A stretch of 64,000 nucleotides of DNA, from NCBI GenBank assembly GCA_045649105.1, contig JAZRPG010000041.1, positions 10,566 through 74,565 of the forward strand. The letters are read 5' to 3'. The notes beneath the pieces are model-generated. The model was not told the origin of the DNA. It ran no database searches and saw nothing but the letters and a program-made list of their open reading frames with translations. The position numbers and the translations under genes are program-made. Of this stretch, positions 11,203 to 20,565 are shown piece after piece. How positions within the stretch are numbered: the stretch's first letter is position 1; every line of letters starts with the position of its first letter. Source of the DNA: Eubacteriales bacterium (GTDB lineage Bacteria; Bacillota; Clostridia; Oscillospirales; JAAYXM01).

Positions 11203-11682
11203 CTACACCTCTTTCGTTTTTTTCTTTTGTTTTTTATCTCCGGCCAAGCGCCTTTTACGACGCAAACTCCTTACTTTACGGCACAGTTTCTGCTCGCTCT
11301 TTTTTGCTGTGCGCCAGACGCCCCGCAAAATCAGATATATCGGCCTTGTCAAAAGTGACAATATTCTCCTCGAAGCAACAACAACCGCTCGCATAACTTT
11401 GTAGATTATTTCGCTGAGCGCGGCAATATATACAAATCCGCCCGAAAACACACCCAGAAGCACATACCAACGCATTCTTCCGCCCGAAACCGTCATGGTA
11501 AATGCAAGCAGCGCTATTATTGCCGCAAACCAGAACAGGCTGTCTAAAGCTGCGGTTATTGCATGGCTTTTGGGAATATATGAGCGCAACACGCGCATCA
11601 CATCAAACAAAACGCCGAGACCGACGCCGAGCAGACCTGCATATAAAAATTCAAGTGTCTGCACAGATACGGAATTAATCAC
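11203..11682 (-). CDS. yabQ: Spore cortex biosynthesis protein YabQ
   Basis: 159 aa membrane protein. FLYAGLLGVGLGVLFDVMRVLR is typical of YabQ, and the gene follows yabP. Confidence 0.8.
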   Translation of the reverse strand: MINSVSVQTLEFLYAGLLGVGLGVLFDVMRVLRSYIPKSHAITAALDSLFWFAAIIALLAFTMTVSGGRMRWYVLLGVFSGGFVYIAALSEIIYKVMRAVVVASRRILSLLTRPIYLILRGVWRTAKKSEQKLCRKVRSLRRKRRLAGDKKQKKKTKEV

Positions 11683-11694
11683 AGCGCACCGCCA

Positions 11695-11979
11695 TTACTT
11701 AAACAAACGAGACCAGAAGCTTCCGCTCTGAATCTCATCGCTGTATTGTATTCCGTCAATTGTGCCTTCTACGGCAAGTTCGCCCGTCTCAAGGCTTAAG
11801 CGCTCAATATGTAGTCCCGAGCCGTGTATTACAAGCATTCCGCGGCTTGTGTAGAGAACGACCGTCGTATCATCAAAATTCTCAACATCTTCAACGCCGG
11901 ACACACTCATTCTGGCTCGGCCTTCTATAATTACATTGTGCGGAGCATCCTGTATTCTGCCCTTATCTTCAAACTGCAT
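11695..11979 (-). CDS. yabP: Sporulation protein YabP
   Basis: 94 aa. HNVIIEGRARMSVSGVEDVENFDDTTVVLYTSRGMLVIHG matches the YabP family pattern. Confidence 0.88.
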   Translation of the reverse strand: MQFEDKGRIQDAPHNVIIEGRARMSVSGVEDVENFDDTTVVLYTSRGMLVIHGSGLHIERLSLETGELAVEGTIDGIQYSDEIQSGSFWSRLFK

Positions 11980-12129
11980 GAGGCCACCTCCTATAATCTT
12001 GATAAAGTATATTAGGTGCCCCTGCTGTTTATTCTCAAAGTTTAGTATTATTACTTTCCGAAATCAGGTTTGAATCTTCCTTTTTCTCTGTAAAGTCAAA
12101 CTGCTTAACGGTAAGGTGTGCATAAAAAA

Positions 12130-12372
12130 TCAGCGCACCTCTTCATACATGGTGTGCGCCGTTTCCTTGTTCATATGTTCTGAAACGGCAAGAACACGAA
12201 CCTTTACTGTCCGTGTACCAAAAGAGATTTCAATAACATCGGAAACCTTGACATCATATGATGCCTTTACCGGTTTCCCGTTTACTGAAATCCTGCCGTT
12301 GTCACAAGCTTCGTTTGCAACTGTTCTTCTTTTTATTAATCTTGATACTTTAAGATACTTATCAATCCGCAT
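12130..12372 (-). CDS. yabO: S4-domain RNA-binding protein (YabO/Hsp15-like)
   Basis: 80 aa. MRIDKYLKVSRLIKRRTVANEACDNGRISVNGK S4 motif. Confidence 0.88.
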   Translation of the reverse strand: MRIDKYLKVSRLIKRRTVANEACDNGRISVNGKPVKASYDVKVSDVIEISFGTRTVKVRVLAVSEHMNKETAHTMYEEVR

Positions 12373-12399
12373 AGATTTTTCCTTGAAAGCTTAAAAAGT

Positions 12400-12432
12400 G
12401 GACCGCTTCGGGGCGAAGTATATTCTCCGCCC
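12400..12432 (-). terminator. Possible terminator downstream of hup
   Basis: GGGGCG/CGCCCC stem. The U-tract is displaced, so this is weak. Confidence 0.4.
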
Positions 12433-12448
12433 CGATATAGGTCAAAAA

Positions 12449-12724
12449 TTACTTCGCGACAGAATCCTTAAGAGCCTTACCGGCCTTAAATACCGGGTTC
12501 TTAGATGCAGGAATTGTTATTGTCTCCTTAGTGCGCGGGTTTCTGCCCTGTCTTGCAGCACGTGTCTTTACTTCGAAAGCGCCAAAGCCAACGAGCTGAA
12601 CCTTATCACCGCTTTTAAGAGCCTCTGTGATAGCGTCAACTGTAGCATTGATAACCTTCTCTGCATCCTTCTTAGAGAAGCCTGCCTTCTCTGCGACTGC
12701 GTTTACCAACTCTGTCTTGTTCAT
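12449..12724 (-). CDS. hup: HU family DNA-binding protein
   Basis: 91 aa. MNKTELVNAVAEKAGFSKKDAEKV...GRNPRTKETITIPASKNPVFKAGKALK. Confidence 0.97.
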   Translation of the reverse strand: MNKTELVNAVAEKAGFSKKDAEKVINATVDAITEALKSGDKVQLVGFGAFEVKTRAARQGRNPRTKETITIPASKNPVFKAGKALKDSVAK

Positions 12725-12804
12725 CTGTTTTGCCTCCTATTTTTTCTTTGTTTTATCTAAAAGGCGCGAATTACTCCCCAACCCTTTTAGCCATATTAAT
12801 TTTG

Positions 12805-13545
12805 CTAAAGCCTGTCCGCATTCTGACGGAGCAGATTCTCAAGCGGATCCCCCGACTTTTCAGCTTCTTTTTCAAGAATCCCGAACTCAGAAATAAAGCG
12901 TTCGCATCTTTCATACAGTGCCTGTTCAGGATTAACATCAAGCATTCTTGCTATTTTAAGAATATCGAAAAGGACATCTCCCATGTCAATACCGTTACCT
13001 GCATGAAGCTTATCCGTGATTTTATCAACCAATGTCTCAAGGCTTTCCTGCGGAACGCCGGCTTTTTTCGCCTTGCCGTGAAGCTTGTCCGCACGCATGA
13101 GCGACGGAAGGCTGCGCGCCACGGAATCCATCGCGGAATAATGCGTCCCCTGCTTTTTCTCACGCCTCTTTATATCGTCCCAGTTTTTTAAGACCTCCGC
13201 GGAATCCTTAACCGTGCAATCTCCAAAAACATGCGGGTGACGAAGGATAAACTTTTTGCAGACACCGTCTGCAACATCATCTATGTCAAACCGTCCCGCG
13301 TCGCGTTCTATCTCAGAATGAAATACAACCTGCGCAAGAACATCCCCGAGCTCCTCACAAAGAAGAACGGGGTCTTTGTTGTCAATAGCCTCGCACGCTT
13401 CGTAAGTTTCCTCAATGAAATTCATCCTGATGCTTTCGTGCGTTTGCTCTCTGTCCCAGGGGCAACCTTCATCCGACCTTAAAATTCGCATTATCTCAAT
13501 AAGGTCTGATATTCCGTATTTCTCTTTTTTTAAAAAATTTACCAT
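12805..13545 (-). CDS. mazG: MazG nucleoside triphosphate pyrophosphohydrolase (YabN-type MazG module)
   Basis: 246 aa. Tandem MazG repeats (CPWDREQTHESI, EETYEACEAI, ILRHPHVFG). Confidence 0.9.
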   Translation of the reverse strand: MVNFLKKEKYGISDLIEIMRILRSDEGCPWDREQTHESIRMNFIEETYEACEAIDNKDPVLLCEELGDVLAQVVFHSEIERDAGRFDIDDVADGVCKKFILRHPHVFGDCTVKDSAEVLKNWDDIKRREKKQGTHYSAMDSVARSLPSLMRADKLHGKAKKAGVPQESLETLVDKITDKLHAGNGIDMGDVLFDILKIARMLDVNPEQALYERCERFISEFGILEKEAEKSGDPLENLLRQNADRL

Positions 13546-13590
13546 ATTTATTGCTCTCCTGCAAGTATTTTTTTATAATACTTAAATTTT

Positions 13591-15174
13591 TCAATCATTT
13601 TTTAAAAAATTAAATATTTTTTTGTCGCCAAAAATGAGTTTTTTGTCATTTTTATCTATTGCCCCTGTGCAAACGATGCACAAAACACATACCAAAACAC
13701 CCGCCAAAACAGAAAAAATAACAAAACTGCGCACCTGCGCCATACCTTTGACATACATCTGGAAACAGTACGATGCAACACCCGTACATACGCCCGAAAT
13801 CATCGGCTTTATAAAAATTTTTGTTAAATCAAGCTGCATGAATGCATACTTCTTAAAGCCGTATATATTAATCAACGAGATAGTTATATAGCATAAAACG
13901 GTACTTATCGCCGCCCCGTATATGTTTATCGCAGGCTTTCCTACAAGAATCGCATTGGAAAGAATTTTAACTCCCGCTCCGCAGAGCATTGAAAAAACAG
14001 GAAAATTCACCCTTCCGAGTGACTGGTGTACGGCATTTGTAAGCGAAGTAACAGCAAGAAAGGGAATGGCAAACGAAAGTACGGCAAGCATTCTCCCCGC
14101 CGCAGCGATGCTTTCAGCCTCAACACTTGCGCCATAAAGCAGGTCAAGAATCGGATGTGCGAGCGCGAACAAGCCCGCCGCCGAAGGTATCGCAACAAGC
14201 ATTGTAAGCTTTAATGCCGAATTCACGGTCTTATCCAGCCGCAAAAAGCTCTTTGACGCATACGCACCTGAAACCGTCGGAATAAGCGCAACCGAAATTG
14301 TAGTTACCACCGTCGAAGGCAGGTTAAATAAATTCGCAGAATAGTTATAAGACCCGTAAAGCCATTTTGCTTCACGCAACGTAAAACCCGTCTTCTGCAG
14401 AAGATTCATAACAAGCGCACTGTCTATAACATTTGTAAGGCTTATTACCGCGGCCCCCATCGTTATAGGCACCGCAAGCCTCATAAGCTCTGCCAGTATA
14501 TTGCGCTTTTTGCGCCCCGCCCCTGCCGTGCTGTAGTCCGCACCGTCCTTCAGAAGCGCAAAATACAATGCCGACAAAAACGCACCGGCACTGACGCCCA
14601 GTACGGCCCCTGCGCTTACCGCACTGTCTCCAAAGCCACTTTTCTTAAGCCACAATGCAGCGCCAAGACCTATCACGAGCTTCCCGACAGCCTCTGTTAC
14701 CTCGGACACCGCTGTCGGATACATATTTGAGCGCCCCTGATAATAGCCTCTGTTTATGCTCGAAATTGCAACGAACATCACCGCCGGCGCAATTGCACGG
14801 ATTGATGTCTCCGCATCAGGGCTGCCCATAAATGACGCAAACACGGGTGCTCCGAAAAACATCACTGCAAAACCTATACCGCCTATAAAAGCGAATGCAA
14901 GATATGATACTTTATATATTCTGCGGACATCGCTCAGGTTCTCGAGTGTCATCGCCTCCGACACCATTTTGGACACAGCGGCAGGCACCCCTGCCGTAGA
15001 CAGCACAAAAAGAAGTGCATAGATATTATATGCTATCGAAAAATTCGCCATTCCCTCAGGACCGAGCACCGCACCCAGCGGAATTTTAAAGCATGCGCCT
15101 ATTACCTTTACCACTATTCCTGCTACAGCAAGAATTGCAGCGCCATGGATAAAACTCTGCTTTTTTGCACGCAT
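13591..15174 (-). CDS. MOP-superfamily polysaccharide biosynthesis protein / putative flippase (YabM/SpoVB/MurJ-like)
   Basis: 527 aa polytopic membrane protein in the yabM position upstream of mazG. Confidence 0.8.
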   Translation of the reverse strand: MRAKKQSFIHGAAILAVAGIVVKVIGACFKIPLGAVLGPEGMANFSIAYNIYALLFVLSTAGVPAAVSKMVSEAMTLENLSDVRRIYKVSYLAFAFIGGIGFAVMFFGAPVFASFMGSPDAETSIRAIAPAVMFVAISSINRGYYQGRSNMYPTAVSEVTEAVGKLVIGLGAALWLKKSGFGDSAVSAGAVLGVSAGAFLSALYFALLKDGADYSTAGAGRKKRNILAELMRLAVPITMGAAVISLTNVIDSALVMNLLQKTGFTLREAKWLYGSYNYSANLFNLPSTVVTTISVALIPTVSGAYASKSFLRLDKTVNSALKLTMLVAIPSAAGLFALAHPILDLLYGASVEAESIAAAGRMLAVLSFAIPFLAVTSLTNAVHQSLGRVNFPVFSMLCGAGVKILSNAILVGKPAINIYGAAISTVLCYITISLINIYGFKKYAFMQLDLTKIFIKPMISGVCTGVASYCFQMYVKGMAQVRSFVIFSVLAGVLVCVLCIVCTGAIDKNDKKLIFGDKKIFNFLKND

Positions 15175-15248
15175 AACAGAAGCTCACACCTTTTTTATCT
15201 GATATGCGAATTTATGCAAAAAGCGCGCTTTTTATAACCTCACGGAGA

Positions 15249-16526
15249 CTATCTTGCACGCATGGCGGAAAGTGCACGCTCAATATCAATCGTCTTGAAC
15301 TCACCGTTTTCGTAGAGAATCCTGCCTGCAACCATCGTGAGCACAACATCACTGCCGCGTGCGGCATATACAGCGTTTGAGATTACATTATGGCACGGGG
15401 TAAGATGCACTTTGTCAAAGTCAAGCATTATTATATCCGCCTCAAAGCCTTCTCGTATTATGCCGCAGTCGTCTCTTCCCTGTGCTTTTGCTCCGTTTAC
15501 CGTTGCAACCTTTATTGCATCATATGCACTGACCGCTGTCGGGTCACCGAGAACGCCCTTATGCAATATTGCAAACAGCTTTATTTCCTCAAACATGTCG
15601 TGGCTGTTATTGCTTGCAACACCGTCCGTACCCAGAGAGACATTTATTCCCCGACCGAGCATTTCCGGAGCAGGTGCTGTTCCCGAGGCCAGCTTCAAAT
15701 TGCTTACCGGGCAATGCGCAACGCTTGCCCCGATGTTTTTGAGTGTTTCCATATCCTCAGACGAAAGGTGACAGCAATGCGCAAGAAGGGGCTTTACCCC
15801 CTCAAACAATCCTTCCTCAAGAAACAGACCGGCAGGCGTTTTTCCGTATTTTTTCACGCACCCGTCGTTTTCTTTTTTAGTCTCCGACATATGAATCTGC
15901 AAAACCAGCCCGCGCTCACGGGCGATTTCCGCGGTCTTTTTCCGGCAGTCAGCTCCTGAAGTATATTCAGCATGGATTGAAACATCTGCACGAAGGCGCC
16001 CGCCGTCCTTTAAATGAATTCTGTCTATTAACCGGAGCTCCTCGTCAACGGAAGGCATGTCGTAATATCCGTCACCGCCCTCTCCGACAATTGAGCGTGA
16101 TAAATTCGCACGGATTCCTGTCTCTTCCGCTACATCGGCAATGGCATCAGTGAAGAAATAGCTGTCAGAAAACGATGTCGTACCTGATGCAAGCATTTCG
16201 GCAACAGCAAGACGCGCACCGTCACGCACTGCATCGGCTGTAAGCTTGTCCTCTGCAGGGAAGATATGCTCATGAAGCCATGTATCAAGCTCGCAGTCGT
16301 CTGACAATCCGCGGAACAGAGTCATCGGAATGTGAGTATGTGCATTTATAAGCCCCGGCATAATCACCTTTCCGCGCGCGTCTATAACGCGGTTGAATGC
16401 GTTTTTCGGTCGCTCCGTTCCGACATATGCAATTTTCCTGCCCGAAACTCCGATGTATGCATTTTCTATATACGGATTTTTCTCATCCATGGTAATAACA
16501 CGAGCGTTTTCAAAAAGTATATCCAT
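15249..16526 (-). CDS. mtaD: 5-methylthioadenosine/S-adenosylhomocysteine deaminase
   Basis: 425 aa amidohydrolase. PGLINAHTHIPMTLFRG and the ...HCCHL..., ...GTDG... metal ligand pattern. Confidence 0.85.
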   Translation of the reverse strand: MDILFENARVITMDEKNPYIENAYIGVSGRKIAYVGTERPKNAFNRVIDARGKVIMPGLINAHTHIPMTLFRGLSDDCELDTWLHEHIFPAEDKLTADAVRDGARLAVAEMLASGTTSFSDSYFFTDAIADVAEETGIRANLSRSIVGEGGDGYYDMPSVDEELRLIDRIHLKDGGRLRADVSIHAEYTSGADCRKKTAEIARERGLVLQIHMSETKKENDGCVKKYGKTPAGLFLEEGLFEGVKPLLAHCCHLSSEDMETLKNIGASVAHCPVSNLKLASGTAPAPEMLGRGINVSLGTDGVASNNSHDMFEEIKLFAILHKGVLGDPTAVSAYDAIKVATVNGAKAQGRDDCGIIREGFEADIIMLDFDKVHLTPCHNVISNAVYAARGSDVVLTMVAGRILYENGEFKTIDIERALSAMRAR

Positions 16527-16585
16527 ATTACCCTTCTTTTCTAATGAACCGCCGGCTGCCGCAAACCCGGCAGCCGACGGTGTTC

Positions 16586-16984
16586 TCAGTCGTCAAGTTT
16601 TTCCCCGCATTGCGAGCAATACTCACAATCACCGTCATGAGTTTTGCCGCAAGCGCTGCATTTTTTCGTGCCGCTCATATCCTTAAGAGCCTCACGCAGC
16701 TCCTCTATCTCGCTTATCTTTTCATCGATTGCAGTGAGCCTCGCGTCAATTTCTTCTGCCGAGGTTTCCTCATTGCAATGGGATGCATAAAGAAGCTTTC
16801 CAACCTCACGGTACAACACGTCAACGTCTGTTGTGAGGTCAAATATCTTAAGCTTTATTTTGGATGCGTTGTAGACGCCTGTGGCCTTCTTGCCGGCCGT
16901 ATTATACGTCTTTGTGGCAAACTCACCCGCCGCATATGCGCCTGCACGGATTTTGTCCACTATTGCCTTAACTTTTTCATTCAT
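16586..16984 (-). CDS. Coiled-coil protein with C-terminal zinc ribbon
   Basis: 132 aa. C-terminal CSACGKTHDGDCEYCSQCGEKL. Confidence 0.6.
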   Translation of the reverse strand: MNEKVKAIVDKIRAGAYAAGEFATKTYNTAGKKATGVYNASKIKLKIFDLTTDVDVLYREVGKLLYASHCNEETSAEEIDARLTAIDEKISEIEELREALKDMSGTKKCSACGKTHDGDCEYCSQCGEKLDD

Positions 16985-17034
16985 AAAGTAACGCCTCCTC
17001 CTTAATTACATTATACTATTACAACAAACAAAAA

Positions 17035-17970
17035 TCAATATCTGAAACTTCCCCCGCCTACAAACTCGCGCAGAAGCGAATCTGTCGGGACATATTCGTC
17101 GCCCAGGTCGTCAAATGCGTTTATATTCTCAAGCATCTGCAATATCTCATCATAACGCGCAATGCCCTCCGGCACAGAGGTTACCGCCTTTTTTAAATAT
17201 TTCTTGAGCACGCACATCTCATACTCATGAGTCGAGTTGATTATTATGTCTGCCCTGTCCTTGAACGGAGATATATACATCTTTTCGCCGCGGCGGATAT
17301 TATCCCATATGGTGAGCGTGAAATCCGCCGTTGTGCTTCGGAATTTTATATCTCGGACAATGCGGCGCACCAGCCTTGTCCATGTGCCCTTAAAATACAG
17401 CTCTCCGTTATATGTGAAATTACTTCTTGAGGATATATAGAGCTTTATACCATGCTCTCCTGCGGCACTTGTGACCATATCGTTAAGCGCATGTATTCCC
17501 TCGAATATTACGACCTCATTTTTCCCAAGACAAAGCGGGCGCACTGTATCCGAGCGGCGCTGATTTTTAAAATCAAACTTTGGTACATACACCTCTCGCC
17601 CGTCGATTATGTCCTTTATATGTCTGTTTAAAAGCTCTGTATCAAGGCATAACGGCGACTCATAGTCCACACCGCCGTCCTCCGTCTTCGGTGCCGTCTC
17701 AATGTCCACGGTCTTAAAATAGTCATCCAGTGATACGGGGCGTGTACGAACGCCAAAGGTCTCAAGCATACGCTCAAGCTTTAAGGCAGTCGTTGTCTTT
17801 CCTGAGCCCGACGGACCCGAAAGAAGCACAACGCAGCTCTCGCCGACTCTGTCGGCAATTTTTGCCGCCGCGTCTTTTATTGATTTTGCGTATTTTGCCT
17901 CACACTCCGTTACAAAGCCGTACGGGTCGCTCTTTATTCTGTCGTTAACTGCGGATATGTCAAATGCCAT
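17035..17970 (-). CDS. Uridine kinase/PRK-family nucleoside kinase-like P-loop protein
   Basis: 311 aa. Walker A GPSGSGKTT, with YVPKFDF and FEGIHALN motifs like Udk. Confidence 0.65.
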   Translation of the reverse strand: MAFDISAVNDRIKSDPYGFVTECEAKYAKSIKDAAAKIADRVGESCVVLLSGPSGSGKTTTALKLERMLETFGVRTRPVSLDDYFKTVDIETAPKTEDGGVDYESPLCLDTELLNRHIKDIIDGREVYVPKFDFKNQRRSDTVRPLCLGKNEVVIFEGIHALNDMVTSAAGEHGIKLYISSRSNFTYNGELYFKGTWTRLVRRIVRDIKFRSTTADFTLTIWDNIRRGEKMYISPFKDRADIIINSTHEYEMCVLKKYLKKAVTSVPEGIARYDEILQMLENINAFDDLGDEYVPTDSLLREFVGGGSFRY

Positions 17971-19458
17971 TCACCGCACCTCCTCTTCTTTTGCGAAGAA
18001 CTTACAAATCTCTGAAATTCCCGAATCTATCTTTTCTTTTGCATTATTGTATTCATATGGGTATTTGGGATTAAATATTCGCTGTATAATATTTTTTTCG
18101 CGGCGGATGAGCTTCGTTACGCCGCCTGCCCCTGCTGATAATATCGTATGAAGCTCATCCATTATATAATTGTTGTAAAGCCCCTCATATCCGGGCCTTG
18201 CATATCCGACATTCTCAAGATTTCCGGACATATATTTCTGCCTGTACAGATAGTACGGCACATATCCGCAATCGCGAAGTCTTGTCATTGCATACTCAAC
18301 CATGCAGGCCGTTCTCTCCCCCGTAGGAAGCGCGACCTTTTCACGCGAAAGCTCTGAGCCTTTTTTCAGAGCAAGCGTATGAACCGTTATATTCTCAGGG
18401 TCAAGCGCTATAACCCTGTCGAGAGAGGTCTTAAAGCTATCCGTCGTATCACCGGGAAGCCCTGCAATTAAATCCATATTTACACAGAGCCCGCCAAGCG
18501 CCTTTACCTGCGCCATTGCAGCCTCAACATCCTCCGCTGTATGGCGTCTGTCCATTGCGGCGAGAATATCGTTATTCATCGTCTGCGGATTAACGCTTAT
18601 ACGCGTCGCGCCAAACTCCTTGATTGCGCGAAGCTTTTCAATGCACATTGTATCGGGTCTTCCCGCCTCAACCGTATACTCTGAAACTGACGCAACATCA
18701 AAGCTTTCGCGGATGCATTTCAGAACTGCCCGAAACTCCTCAACACCAAGCGAGGTCGGCGTCCCTCCGCCTATGTATATTGTCTTTAAATTAAGCCCTG
18801 ATATTCTCGCAGCACGGCCAAGCTCCGATATTTCATACAAAAGCATTTCAAGATACGGCGCAACAAGAGCCCGAGCTTTTTCAACAGAGTGGCTCACAAA
18901 TGAGCAGTATTTACATCTTGAAGCACAAAACGGAATTCCGACATACAAAGATGCATCCCGCGGAGAAGTGCTGTCCGCAAGTGCCTTTGCCCTTAATGCA
19001 GCAGAAACCGCAAGCTCACTCCGCTCACGTGACACAAAGAAATCATCACACAGTATTCTTACCGTCTCCTCCGCCGATGCACCCGAGTCAAGATATCCTG
19101 CCGCAAACTTCGACGGACGAACACCGGTCAGCGCACCCCAGGCCGGAGGCTTCGGCAGTATTTGAACAGCCGCCTTATAAAACGATATTTTCACCGCACA
19201 CGAGGCAAGCCTTCTTCGCTCCTTAATATCGCTTTTCTGCGGTATTGCAACATCCGCGCTTCCCGTATGCTTTTCTCCTTTATCGTATATCTCCGTCACT
19301 GACAGAAATTCCGTCGGAGACTCTTCAAGGCGCGACAGGGCATAGCTTTCGCCCTCCGGCTCGCCCTCACATATTTCGGCATGAGAATCCTCAAACATGC
19401 ACATATATATCTGTTGCGCTGCGGCAACTAAATTATGACCTTTTAAATAAAGCTTCAA
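17971..19458 (-). CDS. hemZ: Oxygen-independent coproporphyrinogen dehydrogenase-like radical SAM protein (HemZ type)
   Basis: 495 aa. FCASRCKYCSF radical SAM motif plus an N-terminal extension typical of HemZ. Confidence 0.8.
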   Translation of the reverse strand: MKLYLKGHNLVAAAQQIYMCMFEDSHAEICEGEPEGESYALSRLEESPTEFLSVTEIYDKGEKHTGSADVAIPQKSDIKERRRLASCAVKISFYKAAVQILPKPPAWGALTGVRPSKFAAGYLDSGASAEETVRILCDDFFVSRERSELAVSAALRAKALADSTSPRDASLYVGIPFCASRCKYCSFVSHSVEKARALVAPYLEMLLYEISELGRAARISGLNLKTIYIGGGTPTSLGVEEFRAVLKCIRESFDVASVSEYTVEAGRPDTMCIEKLRAIKEFGATRISVNPQTMNNDILAAMDRRHTAEDVEAAMAQVKALGGLCVNMDLIAGLPGDTTDSFKTSLDRVIALDPENITVHTLALKKGSELSREKVALPTGERTACMVEYAMTRLRDCGYVPYYLYRQKYMSGNLENVGYARPGYEGLYNNYIMDELHTILSAGAGGVTKLIRREKNIIQRIFNPKYPYEYNNAKEKIDSGISEICKFFAKEEEVR

Positions 19459-20111
19459 TTCTGCATCGCCTCTGACATGTATATGTTTTTCTCGCGCTCA
19501 CGCATAAGCGTTGTACTCTCACCGTGTCCGGGGAAAACATCGTAATCCCCCGGGAGCTGATAAATCCTTTTTAATGACATGAGCATATCGCCGTAGTTCC
19601 CGCCTATCATGTCGCATCTTCCGCAAGTATCAAAGAAAAGCGTATCACCCGAGAAAATCATGTTCCCTGAAATTATGCAAACGCTGCCTTCTGTATGGCC
19701 CGGAGTTGAAATAAACTCAAAATGCATTTCTCCGACATCCGTACTGAATCCGTCAGAAATCTCGATATCAGCCTTAATCGGCTCATATTTCCGCGTTTTA
19801 AGAATTGTGTGGCCGGAAGCCTCCGCATCGCTTAAGCGGTAAACCTCAGCCTCATGAACAACTACTTTTGCGCCCGTTTTTTCTTTAAGCTCATTCACAG
19901 CAAGAACGTGGTCAAAATGCGCATGCGTCAGAAATATATAATCAAGAGTGAGAGATTTTGTCTCAATAATTTCCAAAATCTTATCCGCACCGGCACCCGG
20001 GTCAATCACCACGGCATGCTTTCCGTCATTCAGAACATAGCAGTTTGTGTTTATAAATCCGACTACAAGCGTTGTAAGTTCCATATCTGTGAATTTTCCT
20101 TTCTGCTTCAT
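19455..20111 (-). CDS. MBL-fold metallo-hydrolase
   Basis: 218 aa. THAHFDH motif. 4-nt overlaps with both neighbours indicate an operon. Confidence 0.85.
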   Translation of the reverse strand: MKQKGKFTDMELTTLVVGFINTNCYVLNDGKHAVVIDPGAGADKILEIIETKSLTLDYIFLTHAHFDHVLAVNELKEKTGAKVVVHEAEVYRLSDAEASGHTILKTRKYEPIKADIEISDGFSTDVGEMHFEFISTPGHTEGSVCIISGNMIFSGDTLFFDTCGRCDMIGGNYGDMLMSLKRIYQLPGDYDVFPGHGESTTLMREREKNIYMSEAMQN

Positions 20112-20554
20112 TGAGCATCTGTATCCATCATTATCGTTACAGGGCCGTCATTTACCGACAAAATTTCCATATATGCGCCGAAAACCCCTGTCTCAACCTT
20201 ATATCCCGCTTCACGCAGTAAAGAAATAAAATATTCATACAGCGGACGCGCAAGCTCCGGTCGTGCTGCATCTATAAAGCTCGGGCGGTTGCCCTTGGCC
20301 GTATTTGCATACAGCGTAAAATTAGATACTACCATAATAGATCCGTTAACCTGTGAGCAGGACAGATTGAGCTTTTCCTCAGAGTCCTCAAACACGCGCA
20401 TCTGTGCTATTTTCTTTGCAAGGTACTCCGCCTCATGCTCAGTGTCGTTTACCGAAACACCGAGAATTACCAAAAGTCCGTTACCTGTCTGAGAATGCGT
20501 GTGTCCGTCAATACGCACCTCGGCTGATTTAACACGTGTTACCACAGCTCTCAT
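20108..20554 (-). CDS. dtd: D-aminoacyl-tRNA deacylase
   Basis: 148 aa. MRAVVTRV...SNFTLYA...GNRPSF motifs. Confidence 0.95.
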   Translation of the reverse strand: MRAVVTRVKSAEVRIDGHTHSQTGNGLLVILGVSVNDTEHEAEYLAKKIAQMRVFEDSEEKLNLSCSQVNGSIMVVSNFTLYANTAKGNRPSFIDAARPELARPLYEYFISLLREAGYKVETGVFGAYMEILSVNDGPVTIMMDTDAQ

Positions 20555-20565
20555 TGTCTTACCTC

